Shown: one piece after another, positions 1-11,700 of the stretch
Position numbering within the stretch: the stretch's first letter is position 1
Layout: each line of letters begins with the position of its first letter
DNA from: a virus
Lineage: Duplodnaviria; Caudoviricetes
DNA: 62,490 nucleotides
Reading direction: 5' to 3' (one strand)
Virus record (IMG/VR): IMGVR_UViG_3300036760_001531
Coordinates: 1 to 62,490 of that record
The notes under the pieces: generated by a model
The model's database searches: none
What the model saw: only the letters and a program-made list of their open reading frames with translations
Told to the model about the DNA's origin: nothing
Translations under genes and position numbers: made by a program

Positions 1-198
1 TTACTTCCACTCCCCCCTCACCGGAATCCGCGCCCAGCCCCCATCCCTCTGAGGACTGATAAGCTCCCGCATGATCTTGTTCGCGGTCAGGGGCGAGAGG
101 GCCAGAGGTTTATAGCCCAGGTCCCCCACCGGGTGCTCCACCACCAACTCCTTCACCCCGTCCAACCGATGCCGAACCGCGATAACCGGACAGTCCAT
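1..198 (-). CDS. Hypothetical protein (65 aa)
   Basis: GGAGGA SD before ATG at 198; last gene of the late operon; TAA at 1-3. Confidence 0.6.
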   Translation of the reverse strand: MDCPVIAVRHRLDGVKELVVEHPVGDLGYKPLALSPLTANKIMRELISPQRDGGWARIPVRGEWK

Positions 199-211
199 GA
201 TAGGTCCTCCA

Positions 212-310
212 TTAACGTAGCACCTTCCGCAGTCTTTCAATGGGCCATACAATCAGATACCAGAACAAAAGTATTGCCTTTAGCCACCAGGGGACATCAC
301 GAAATGTCAT
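212..310 (-). CDS. Small hydrophobic peptide (32 aa, MTFRDVPWWLKAILLFWYLIVWP...)
   Basis: Translated by hand; fills the gap between flanking genes; AGGAGG upstream. Confidence 0.45.
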   Translation of the reverse strand: MTFRDVPWWLKAILLFWYLIVWPIERLRKVLR

Positions 311-322
311 GGTTTGGGCCTC

Positions 323-538
323 CTACTTCCAGGTGTCCCTTACATTGTGGACGTGGCCGAAGAAGCCCCCCAGGTCCTCCGTGTCTCCCCGATTCATCCA
401 GAAACCCTCTTCCCCGGTCTGGTCGTTTTTGTCAGGGACGAAGCTCTCCAAATTCGGGGGCGCTTGGAGGGGCGGCCGCACAAACTCAATGCTTTTGGCG
501 CACCCCGCCGGTGCGAATGAAGTCAGCAAGATCATCAT
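323..538 (-). CDS. Putative o-spanin (Rz1-like lipoprotein)
   Basis: MMILLTSFAPAGC lipobox-like signal, Pro-rich, overlaps the 3' end of the i-spanin in another frame. Confidence 0.65.
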   Translation of the reverse strand: MMILLTSFAPAGCAKSIEFVRPPLQAPPNLESFVPDKNDQTGEEGFWMNRGDTEDLGGFFGHVHNVRDTWK

Positions 539-749
539 CAGACATTTGGTGAACCTGGTCTTTAACCTTTTGGTCTTCACGTTCCACCTCCAGAGTCTTT
601 TCTGCGGTTTCGGCTTTCACCTCAGCCTTATGGTTGATGCAGCTTTTGATTTGACACCCGGCATACAGCATCCCGGAAAGAAGGGCGGTGCCAACTGCTA
701 TTCCTATACTCCTGCCAATGGCCGTTTTGAGCAACCACGCGAAGATCAT
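486..749 (-). CDS. Putative i-spanin (Rz-like)
   Basis: N-terminal TM segment then charged helical region; lies after holin and endolysin. Confidence 0.65.
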   Translation of the reverse strand: MIFAWLLKTAIGRSIGIAVGTALLSGMLYAGCQIKSCINHKAEVKAETAEKTLEVEREDQKVKDQVHQMSDDDLADFIRTGGVRQKH

Positions 750-1048
750 CCTACCGGCCCTCCTTCTCCCGGTTTAACGGGAATTTCTGGGGGTTTACCT
801 GTATCCGGGGGAGGGGGAGACGGTCCCCCGGCGACTTTGTTGAGCAAGGTTAGCCCGGCCCCTCCCAAGGCCGCTAAGATAAAAACATGCGTGATGCTGG
901 TCAGGTTCGGTGGAAGATCCCGACGGAACACAAGGGCATAGACCCCATAGACCACTACGGCCACCAGGAAGGCAAGGGTGGCCAAAACCGCCTTGGTGTC
1001 GATCTCTGAGTTGTCACCGGAGAAAAATTTGCGAAGCCAGGTCATCAC
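746..1048 (-). CDS. Putative holin (2 TM)
   Basis: Two hydrophobic segments, 100 aa, adjacent to endolysin. Confidence 0.7.
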   Translation of the reverse strand: MMTWLRKFFSGDNSEIDTKAVLATLAFLVAVVVYGVYALVFRRDLPPNLTSITHVFILAALGGAGLTLLNKVAGGPSPPPPDTGKPPEIPVKPGEGGPVG

Positions 1049-1770
1049 GCCGCCTCTAAATATTTCTCCGCCAGGGCCGCAATCTCATCCGCCTTGTCTA
1101 GGGCATTGATACAACGCCTGGCATTGTGGAAATTGGTTTCTTCGTCATTGATATAGTCGGTGATCTTCTTCCCGGTGAAGGTTCCGGTCTTGAAACCATC
1201 CACCAAGATGAACAGGGCGATTTTGGGATCCATGGCCTTATCAGGATCGGCCACCAGGTCGATACCCAGCTTTTGAGAATACTTGCGGTAATTGGCCTCC
1301 CAAGTAAGCTGCACGAAGCCCCGGCCGTAATAAGGGTAGTACCGGGAGAGATTGCGCCGGCGCCACTCCTCATCCTTCCAGTATGCCTCCCGTACCGGCT
1401 GGAAGGTGCGCCCTGTTTCCCACTCGGTGGTCGCCAGAACGTAGGCGATTTGGGTCAGGAGGCCGATGCCCTGCCTGATGCACTCTGCTTTGATAGCTGC
1501 GATGGTCCCCTCCCGGGTGGAGAAATCGACCGATCCATCGACCGGCCTATCGACCGATTCATCGACCGAGCTAACCTCCTCCAGGGCCTCTTCCAGATAT
1601 TGCCGGGCCACCCAACCGATGCTGTTGTCCTCCAGGAGGATAGGGAGCCAACCGGCGGTGTCGGGGGAGATGACTATATCTCCATCTGCCAGGACTCCGA
1701 CGCTCTCATATTCGGCGCCCGGCCCGGAGCGGATATAGAGTCCCTTGGTCGCTGTTACCCTGAAGTTCAT
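1045..1770 (-). CDS. Endolysin: SH3b domain + GH19 (chitinase-like) muramidase
   Basis: LYIRSGPG...GWV SH3b pattern; AYVLAT..WET and YYGRGFVQLTWEANY...ARRCIN GH19 motifs. Confidence 0.9.
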   Translation of the reverse strand: MNFRVTATKGLYIRSGPGAEYESVGVLADGDIVISPDTAGWLPILLEDNSIGWVARQYLEEALEEVSSVDESVDRPVDGSVDFSTREGTIAAIKAECIRQGIGLLTQIAYVLATTEWETGRTFQPVREAYWKDEEWRRRNLSRYYPYYGRGFVQLTWEANYRKYSQKLGIDLVADPDKAMDPKIALFILVDGFKTGTFTGKKITDYINDEETNFHNARRCINALDKADEIAALAEKYLEAA

Positions 1771-1818
1771 CTCCCACCTCCCGAATCCCTTTTGTGGCGA
1801 TTTAGGGCCAGCATCCCA

Positions 1819-2015
1819 CTATCCGATCATCCATTCCCACCAAGTCCCTTTGATAGGGAGCTTAAAGAGTTCTTTCCTGATGCAATACCGCAACAATCGG
1901 TAACGCCGCCTGTCTGTGAGTTGATGCCACTGCGGGTCTTGCACGGCCTTCCGCAAGCCCCGACTGACGCACCCCCACAAAGCTACGATCTGCCATGAAC
2001 GAAAATACTTCCCAT
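1819..2015 (-). pseudogene. Possible frameshifted small gene in the lysis cassette
   Basis: SD (AAGGAGG) + ATG at 2015 stops after 10 codons; one extra G in ATGGGAAG would give a 65-aa protein ending at 1819. Confidence 0.35.
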
Positions 2016-2028
2016 GATTAGGCCCTCC

Positions 2029-2310
2029 TTATTTTTTCACGAGATAACTAATCAGTAACGCACCCAGACCGGAACCCAAGAAAGCGGCTAAAGCCATAAT
2101 CCCACGACCAAACCACACGGTTTGTCTTAATTGATTAATCGCGGTCCATTGGTCATCATCATCTTTTTCTATACGCTCGTCGGCTCTTTCCAGTGCCCCA
2201 AGACGAGCTTCGTGGCTACCACAGGCGCGGTCCCGTTGAATCTGCTTTATTTCCCGCAGGTCCTTGGCAACCTCCGGGTGTCCAAGGCAAAAGGCATCAA
2301 CTTTGGGCAC
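2029..2310 (-). CDS. Coiled-coil protein with C-terminal TM (XhlA/holin-associated type)
   Basis: GTG start with purine-rich SD; heptad region then a single C-terminal TM; upstream of endolysin. Confidence 0.7.
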   Translation of the reverse strand: MPKVDAFCLGHPEVAKDLREIKQIQRDRACGSHEARLGALERADERIEKDDDDQWTAINQLRQTVWFGRGIMALAAFLGSGLGALLISYLVKK

Positions 2311-2425
2311 TTGATTTACCCCCCTTCTTGTTCTTTTTCTGCTGCTTAGCCTTGGACTTCTGGCGCCGGCCCGGTTTGCCCTTGGCCGGATAGTTGTCAG
2401 TTGGGACCGTCTTACCCTGTCCCAT
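2297..2425 (-). CDS. Small Lys-rich basic peptide (42 aa)
   Basis: Hand translation MGQGKTVPTDNYPAKGKPGRRQKSKAKQQKKNKKGGKSSAQS fills the gap. Confidence 0.45.
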   Translation of the reverse strand: MGQGKTVPTDNYPAKGKPGRRQKSKAKQQKKNKKGGKSSAQS

Positions 2426-2429
2426 AGCC

Positions 2430-2792
2430 TTACCCATCCCGCCCCTTCAAGTAAACCACCGCGGTCACGGTGTAGCCGCTCACCCCCGGGTCGCCGGAGA
2501 TGGTGCATTTCAGGGTGTTTCTGCCGCTCAGGATGCGGCGGATGGTGACCCCGAACTCAAAGTCATAGTTAGCGTTATGGGCTTTGGCCGTGCCGTCAAA
2601 CATCTGGAAGCCGTCTTCGTCCTCCAGGGTGAGTTGCGCCGTTCTGGAATTGGTGTTGGAACTATTGCGCTGGTGAATCCACAGCAGTTCTCCCTCCAGG
2701 GCCAGGACCAAACTCTGAATCAAACCGGCCCCGGTCGCGCCGTTGGCGAACGTGAAGATAACCTTTTTCCTAAGATAGCGTTCTGGTTTCAT
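2430..2792 (-). CDS. Hypothetical beta-rich protein (possible virion protein)
   Basis: Overlaps the stop of the giant gene (ATGA coupling); beta-strand-like composition. Confidence 0.75.
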   Translation of the reverse strand: MKPERYLRKKVIFTFANGATGAGLIQSLVLALEGELLWIHQRNSSNTNSRTAQLTLEDEDGFQMFDGTAKAHNANYDFEFGVTIRRILSGRNTLKCTISGDPGVSGYTVTAVVYLKGRDG

Positions 2793-5700
2793 GGACCCAC
2801 CTCCCTCCTTTCTTCTTCCGGCTTTAGACGATAGCCGGTCATAAGTCCAGGGTTGCTTTTGCGGAAGCCCATCACCTGTTGCCAGGCGGCCCGTTCCGCC
2901 CGCGTCGGCTTGTCCACCAGGTTCGAGAACCGATAGGGCTTCATCACATCTTCCGGCTTCTTGAGAATAGGCTGGTAATCCTCCCGGGCCTGGCGGATGG
3001 CCTTAATCAGATACCGTTGGCGTTGAGCTTCGTCCATCCGCAGGAGCCGGGGGAGGTCTTTCTGGATGGAATCGCAGGCATCGCCCACAGACTCCGTCAC
3101 GAACTTATAATACCCGTCCAGGTCCAGGGACTTGCGGGTGCCCGCCTCCGTCTTAAACCGGGAAGGCATCTTGAGGGCCTGGGCCACTTCCGGGTCCATC
3201 AAGGCTTGTCCCACCTTGGCCAGTTGCACGATCTTTTCATCCAGGACGTCCAGCTTGCCCCTTTTTTGTTCCGAAGTCAGGGTCTTGGAGAGGTAGATGG
3301 AGTTTCTTTCTTTTTTGATCTTCCCCATCTCATCCACCTGTTTACGAGCGACCCGGGCGAACATGGCCTCGGGGTTGTCGGCCAGGAACTCATCAAGTTT
3401 GTCCATGCTCCCGGAGTTCCACAAGAGCTTCCAGCCTTGGTCTGCCTGAATGGACTTCTGGTAAGCCTCAAAGAAGTCGTTCACCGTCTTGGCCCGGTAG
3501 CCGGTGGGCGGCTTGGTGAAGAAAGCCCTCACTCCCCAGAAATATTCGATGGTGTCCTTGGTGGGTTGGGGAATATCTTCCAGGGCCCCGGTTTTCCGCA
3601 AGAGCACGTCGATGCCTGGGAAGAAATAGTTGGCCCCCAGCCCGCCGGTCATGGAGCGGACGAAATGCTCCACCTTCACCGGGCTCAGTTCCATCATGGC
3701 GGGCGTATGGCGGCTAATGGCCTTGGCCAGTTCCGAAGTCCAGGGTTTGGCCCTCAGTTCTGCAGGGAGGTTCTGTAAGCTCGCATCCTCGATAGGTCGC
3801 CCCGTAAACCAGTTATAGTTGGCGCCACCTTCCACGATGGGACGCACGATGGCGGGGATGAATTCAGGGGTTAACGTCTGCCAAGCCGCCCCCAGAGCCG
3901 CTTTTACCCCGTTGATATTCTTATCAACTGCCCAATCCAGCATCCGCTCCGGTATAGACCCGAAGAGAATCCCAGCCTCGAAGGGCTTGGGGAGGCGGAC
4001 CATGGGGCTGTTTTTCCCGCCCAGGGGGATGTGCCAAAAATAATTCTTCTCCCAATCCTCCAGTTCCTTGTAGCGGTCGTCCTGGTGGGCCAGGGTCCAT
4101 AAAAGGATGGAGGCTGTGGTGAGCAGGGACATCCGGCGCATCACCGCCCACTTGTTGGGACCGGAAAGCTCGGTGATTAATTTGTCTGCCCCCTGGATGG
4201 AAGCGTTCCAGAAGGGGATGATCATGTTGAGGTAACGAATTACCGGATGACCTCCGTGTCGAGCAAAATCCAAGGTGGTGCGTCGGGCTTCGTGAATCGC
4301 TTCGGCGTGGCTCAAGCCCTTTTCACGGGCCTGCTTGTAGATACTGAAGCGGGTCATATTCTCCAAGTAGGCAGAGGCATGGCGCAGGGCCGCAAGCGGG
4401 TGTGCGTGGTAAACCATGCCCTTTTTCTTCCCCATGATGGTCTCGCTGGTGATCTGTTCCGGATCCACCATAGACTGAGCCAACGTCGCCAGAGGACCAC
4501 CGCCGGCCTCCCACTCCCGGCGATACCTCAAGGTGTCTTCATCCTTGGCCACCAAACCGTAAGCGTCCCTGAACCACTTGAGGGGGTTGAATCCGAAGCG
4601 GCTGAAAAGATAGGCCTGAATGATGTCTCGGGCAGGGTTTCGAGCCAGGGCGAATTCCGGGGTCATTATCGCGCCAGCCCGCAACAGGTCAGCCGGCGCC
4701 TTGGCCACCTTCAGCAGAATCCCGATCTCAGACGGCATCATGCTCTGGGTCGCCTGGAAAATGTCCGGGGGCACCTTGAGCCACAACTGCTTGCCGTCCC
4801 GGTAGTACGGAATGGTCCCAGGTTCCGGGGGGAGGGGGGACCGGGCCCAGACCCGATTCATCGCCTCCAACATCCCGGCCTGGTGAGAAAGTTTGAAGGT
4901 CAGGAGGGGCCTCAGCTTGTCGTTTTGCCGCAGATAACCCTCAAACTTCGCCAGGGCGTTGGGAGCCAGGCGCTCCACCGACCTCTTGTCGATGATGTAG
5001 CGGCTCACAAACTCCGCCACCTGTTCCTCTTTTTTGCGGATATACCGCTTATAGGAACTGGAAGGGTTGTCGGCCCGTTGGTCGGCAATGCGGCGCAGTT
5101 CCCGCTTCATCTCCGGGGTGCCTTGCTCGATGAGCAGCTTCACCAGGCCGTAAGCGTCGTCGATCCCATGGCCCACCTCATGCGCCAGGGTCGCCTCGAA
5201 GGTGGCAAACCTCACCTGGATCTCTTTCGCCACCTCCGAAGTTATTCCGCCAGACTGAACCTCCTGGCTGAGCCATTTCTTGAACTGTCCCAGGCGCCGG
5301 CTGCGCATCGTGCCCATGACCTTAACGTCGATACCCAGGGCCTTGGCGAGCTTGACCAGTTGGGGTCGCAGCACCGCATCAATCTCCTGCTTCTGGGCAA
5401 AATCAACCGGCAGGTACTTGGCCGGCACCTCTTTGATGTCGGGATCCCCGTACTCGCCCAGCACCGCGATGTTCTGCACCACATAATTCCGGGCGAAGGC
5501 GTAGTTGGCCTTGTAAGCCAGTTCAATCCACATCTGCAACGGATCCAGGATGGCCCTCTCGGAACCCTTGATTTTCTGGATCACCCGGCCCTTGACTCCT
5601 AGGGCCGCGGCGTTGGCGTTGATGTAGTCGTCGATGTCCTCCATCAGACGCTTGAAGGGGATGTAGAATTCATTTTTGGCTTTGATCTCATCATAACGGG

Positions 5701-8700
5701 CCTGGTCGATGAACCCCACCTGCAGGAGAGGTTGCAAGATGGTCTGGTCGCCCCATTCCCGGACGCTCCGGGCCGCATCTTCCAAAGTTTTGAAGTCATC
5801 CCCATAGATGGACTTGAGGGCGTCCAGGGCCGCCCGGCTATCTTCCGGTCGGGTGCCCTTGATCTCCCCCGGGGCCCGGGAGCCGGTTTCTCCAGCCAGT
5901 TCCAGATCCCGTTGGGCCACCATCAGGCGGTTGAAGAGGTCGTGCATCACCTTGGGGACTTCTTCCCCCCGCTTGGCCGCCAGCTTCTTGATGGGCTCCA
6001 GGCGCTTATCCAGGCTGGCCCCCACGTCCTCGATCTCGCCGGTAAAGACCATCCGGCCGTTTTCGTCCGGCTCCATGACGTTCTGATAGACGTGGTCTCC
6101 GGATAGGGCCTGCCGGACCCGCCCCTCCTGGCCTCTCATGTAAGACAAGGCGTTGGTGACGCTCTGGCCTGGGCCCACAATGATCCCCGCCTTCTTGAGT
6201 TTTTCTTCGGCCCGTTCCATGGGAGCGTAACGGTCCACCACCTCGGTATAGAATTTCTCCAAGAACCCCTTGGTGCCTTCCCCGGTCTTGACCGCCTTGA
6301 TTTTCTCCCAGATGGTGCGTTTCCCCTCCGGGGCCAACATCTTCCGGTCGTAGTCGGTCAAGACATTTTCGGCCTCGGCGGGGCTATAAGACGCCTGAGG
6401 TTCCCACATCGCCCGGGCCTCTTTCCCGGCCTGGCGCCCTGACAACTGCCACAAGAATTCAGCCGATCCCCGGAGGTTTTCCCCACGTGCATTGATAACG
6501 TCCAACACCATCGAAGTCAGATTGATGTTATCCTGCGCCCCTGTTTCGATCTCCTGGGAGAGCATCTTGTTGACCACAGCCATGTCTTCGGTGACGATCA
6601 CCGTGCGATTAGCGTTAAAAGCCTTCATTTCTTGCTTGAGGCTCTGCTTTACTTGCTTTACCGGTTTATCCAAAATGGTCTTATTATGGACGCTCCACCC
6701 GTTGACCTCGTTGGCCGAAGTCAAATGGATCAGGACCACCTTGTTTGGGTCATATTTTATGGTGCTAATAAAAGCTGCCAGGTCACTTGCATTTTTTATT
6801 ATCATCCCCTTGGCATGGGCCTGTCGAAGCTCCGGCGACACCTTATAATTACCGTAATTAATGTGGCGCCCCTGGCCGGGATACTCATAGAGATAGCTGA
6901 ATTTTCCATGGTCGATGACTATGAACTCGCCCATGAGATTACCCAGGCCCTCGATTTCCTGACCCTCGCCAGTTTTCCCTACTACCCCGGTTGTCTCGCC
7001 TTGGGCTTCATTCAAAGACGTAAATCCATCTCGTAGCACCCTGGCCATGGAACGGTCGGCCAGGCTCATATCGGGGTTGCCGCTTGGGTGGTTGTGCAGG
7101 ATGTGAACTTTGTCGGCCCCCAGGCGTTTCGCGGTTTCTTGTAACCGGAAGAGGTGCTGAGCAATATTCTTCGGTCGCACGGAATTGATTTGACCGGAAG
7201 TGATGGCATTGTGGGCCACGATCTCCCCATTCTTTGTATAAATAGCGTGTAGAATCTCCATCTTGGGGTTACGAAAAACCTGGAAAAGCTCGGCTATTTG
7301 CTGGGCCTCTCTACCGGATTCGAGTTGGCGTCCAGACAGATCAATCCATCCCTGCTTAGAATACTCTTGAGCGATGCGGGAGCGATACCGGGCCAAAACC
7401 CCTGGCACTCCTGGGCTGGGTATTCCCTGGAGGTTTCGGTGGACTTTTTCGATCTGCCGGGCGGTTTCCTGGACGACCTGGTTTGCTGCTTTCTCGGAGC
7501 CATAGGCCAGTTTCACCTCTTCAGCGTGATGTTCGGCGGTCAGTTGGGTATAGGGGACGGTTTTTTCTGCAACCCCCGGGGCCCCGCCAAGGCTACTACC
7601 GAAAATATTGTCGGCGGTGGCCCGGTCAGTGGAGAAAACCACGCCGAGTTTGTAGAGGAGGCCAACAGCGGCCAAGGCATCTTCCCGACTTTGAATGTCG
7701 CCAACCATCCGGCCCCGGGACCGGTAAAATTCTCCGTTCCTGACGAGGGCCAAAAGCTCCTTGTTTAGAAAATATTTGCCCCCTTTGGCTTTCGAGGTTG
7801 GAACTTCCAGGCTATAACCCAAACCCATTTTCCGCATGATGACTTCATAAGAGGAATCAGACATCCACCCTTCACGCTTCAACAGGGTTTCCGCCTGCGA
7901 CTGGCTTAACATCACCCTTTGCAGTTCCGGGTGCTTGGACAAATCGAAATTGAGAGGCATCAGGAAGCCGGTAGCCAGTTTGCCGTCGTCCCGGGTGAAG
8001 AAAGTCATCTGGCCGGCGTCGATGGGGTTTCCCAGGAGGTTGCCAGTCACCAGGTAGCGGGTCTCGTAGGTCTGGTCAGGTAGTTTCTCGTCCCAGCTAG
8101 GGGATTGTGGAGAACCCTCCCCCCACCCATCCAAGGCTGACATTTTATATCTGGTGGTGCCCGTGCTTATCCCGGCCATGGAGGTCTTGAAAATCCGCAT
8201 GGTGGAGTCCACCGCCATGCTGATTTTGATGTTGCCGGGGGTGGCTGGGTTGCTCCCTGTGATTGGTTTATACTTGAGGTCGTAGATTACGCCGACCATG
8301 GCCTGCAACTCGTATTTGATCGCCGTACCGATTTGGTACTCATCCAGGTGGCGCAAGGTGTAGCTCAGAGCCCCCCTGGCCCCCTGCTCGAATCGGTTTA
8401 TCGTGTCCTGCGAGGTTCCCGCCCCCCTCATCAGGGCAATTTTTTCTGTGAGCCAAGGTTCAAAATCTTGCTGAATCTTCGTTTTTATCTCATCGGCCAG
8501 GTCTTGAGGCTGCCTGCCCTTGAGGTTGGCGTGCATCCGCTTTTCGATTTCCGCCATGGTCATGGGCTTTTTCTGGACCTTGGCTTCAACCGTCTCGAAA
8601 TAGGTAGGACTGGAAAGCTCACTCTTCCCCTGGGTGCTGCCAGCCACCAACACGGATTTACTCAGGGTCTTGGTCTGAAGATCCAGGTGTTCGCTCTCCA

Positions 8701-11700
8701 GGTTATACTCGCCAATCTGCTTCAGGTGCTCCACCAGGTCTTCATACTTGGCGTCGATGGCTGCCCACACTTCTTCCTGCACCGAGACCGGCTGCAAGGA
8801 GGTCCAGCCGGTGACCCGCTTGGTGAGCTTGCCGGTCTCCGCATATTGGGTAAGGATTTGGTGAATGCGGCCGTCTTTGTCGGCCTTGATAAAGTCATCA
8901 TCAATGACGTTATCCAGCACCCCACTTAAACGGTCATTCAGGCTGGGATCGTCGGCGAACATCTCGGCGATCACCTGGTCGCCGTATTGATTGATGATGT
9001 CATTCACATCCAAAGAGTAGGCGGACTCCCCCTTGGCGGAGACGTTGGCGAACAAAGAGGCCAATTTCTTTTGGAGGATGGCCAGGGGGCGCTTCTCCCC
9101 CGGGAGGGAGCTAATTTTGATCATGTAGCTGGGTAGGTTGACCTGTCCGGTGCGGTGAATACGCCCCAGGAGCTGCACCGCCTCGTTGATCTCGTTGCTC
9201 ATCTGGGTCAGAATCATATGCCGGGGGCGCTGGTCCTGGAATTTCTCGCCGGCATGAAGGGAGATCCCGGTGCTCCCGGAACTGTTGATGATGAGGGCGT
9301 CATACTCCCCAGAATTGAATTTGTTGACCGGGGTATTCTTGTCAGATTTCTCCTTGGTGCCACGCTTCCTGAGAATGTTACCTTCCTGCTCCCAATCCAG
9401 AACATGCTCACGGCCGGTAATCTCACCCACCTTGAACCCTTCCTTAATGAGGGCCTTGGCGATGTAGTCGATGGGCATGGCTGGCACGTCCGTCGTGGTG
9501 CCTTCAAGGAGATTTGTCAGGTTGCGCCACATGGTTTGGAGGTGGGGGGGCATATCTTCAGGTCTTACGATCACCTTCTCCGGCGGAGCCCCCCGGCCAT
9601 GGTCGATTCTATAAACCAAGACGCTATCCGCCGCCTTCCGTATCACCTGGGCGAAATTCATATTAAGCTCATCGCCCACCTTAATGGTGCCCGCCTCCAG
9701 CATATCCTTCACGAAGGCTTCCATGGTGTTGTAGCAGCCGATGGTCACCTTCTTGCCCTGCTTGAGGGCTGCCAAGGCCTCCTTGATGGTAGCATCCGTC
9801 CGCAGGCAGAAGAGAAGCTGGGAAATCTTGTTGTGCATCACCGAGGCAAAATTGGTGTTCGAGATCCCACCCCGAAAACCCGGCTCCACTTGCTCGCCTT
9901 CCTCTTGGAAATTATCGTTTAGGTCCGCTACCCATTCGCTAAAGGCTTTGGAAAACCGAAGAATTTCCCGCAACCCTTGGGTCAGATCATCCGACCGTTG
10001 CCGGTCCCGGGTAATATTCTCCGTGTCCACCTCCACCGGGATGTCGATGCCGGAGAAGGAAAGCTCGTTGCGGATCATCTGGCCGCTTTGGGCCCATTGG
10101 TGGGCGATCCATTCTTGGAGGGGGACCCCGCCCATCACCAAGTTAGCAATGACGGTGTCGATGTCCACGTTGAGGTTGCCCAACTCGGTGCGATGGTACA
10201 GGGCCATGGTGTCGGGCCGTTTGGCGTAGGTGGCCGAAGAATAGATCACCCCCCGCGCTTGGTCCGTCATGTGGGCCCGGAGAAAAGCCCCGGTCTGGCT
10301 TTTGTCTCCGGCCCCCTTGTGGGACTCGTCCAGGATCAAGATGGACTGAGGCGCCAAAGCCCTTAACAGTTCCATCTTGCCGGTCATGGTCCGGCTATTC
10401 ATCTGATAATAGGTGGTAAAAACGGCATCATGGCCAGCCGGCAAACGGCGATTCCTAACCGCCTCTCTGATGGCGTTAAGGTCCAGATTCCGGAGCACAT
10501 TACCGGAATTGTCCACGATGCGGGCCCGATCCGGGTTGCTGGCCACGATGAGAGGATTGAGGTCTGCCTTAATGTCCTTCATATCCCGGTACATGGCCGA
10601 AAACAGGCCGTCGTTTTCCGTCAAGAAGATAGGGGTCAAGCCCTGGTTCTTGGCGTAACGCATGATGGCCGCTACCATGCGGCCCTTGCCCACGCCCGTC
10701 TGATGGCCGATCACGAAGCCGCCGGTGCCCCGTTCGATGGCGTCGATAGCCAAAGCCACGCCCTCGACCTGTTCGGCCCCCAAGACCCCGAACATTTCGC
10801 CCTTGGTTTTGTAACCCAGGCGGCTCCGCACAAACTCGTCCAGGTCGCCAACCTCTTCCTGTAATTTTTCCAGGTAATTGCCGACGGCTTCGGCCATGTA
10901 CCGGGGGGCCACGGTGTTCATGGCCTGTCCCTTGGAAGTGGGCTTGTAAGGCACCTGGAGGCTGGTTTCTTCGGCTAGTTTGGATTCAGGGATCGGGGCC
11001 TTTTCTTCTTTGGCCGCAGGCGGTCCTTCCAGGATGTTTTTCACGTCCGCGGGGTTGACGGTGATCGCCCCTTCTGACCACTGGACGGTGAGCACCATCT
11101 TGTCGCCCCAACCGCGCACCTTGGTGATCTGGCCGGTGGCGCCGTCGTTGGTTTCAACCCATTGGTTCTTCTGGAAAACCTTGAGGCCCTGGCGGTCCTC
11201 ATCGGAGAGCTTGACTTCTTTACCGCTCTCGTCAACGACGCCCTGGATTTGGGAGATGGGGATTCGGCGCACGTTGCCGTCGGCATCCACAACTTCGACG
11301 GTCTGTTCGCCGTAGGGGGCTTGTCCTTGTTTGTAGGGGGCCTGCTCTTCCTTGATAGTGACGGTGGTCCCGTCAGGAAGAGTGATCTGAGTGCCGGAAC
11401 CTATAGACTTAGGAGGAACTCGTCCAGATTGAGGTCTTTCTGTTCCTCCTGTAGCTCTTGTTGCGGGCTGAGATGATCTTCCCCCGGGTTCTGGGGATAG
11501 TGGTTTAACAGGTCCAGCTTGTTCTCCGGGCTCGGGTTGCGGAGATACTCCAGGATGTGCTCCAGCGACACCTCCGGCGCCTGCCTGATCATGTCTATCA
11601 ACTCGTCCTGGTTCTCGTCCCCCGGGAGATACTGGTCCGCAACGTGGGGCCCCAGGCTGTCCAAGGCCCGGCACACTTCCTCGTCCCCCTCCCGGTTCGC

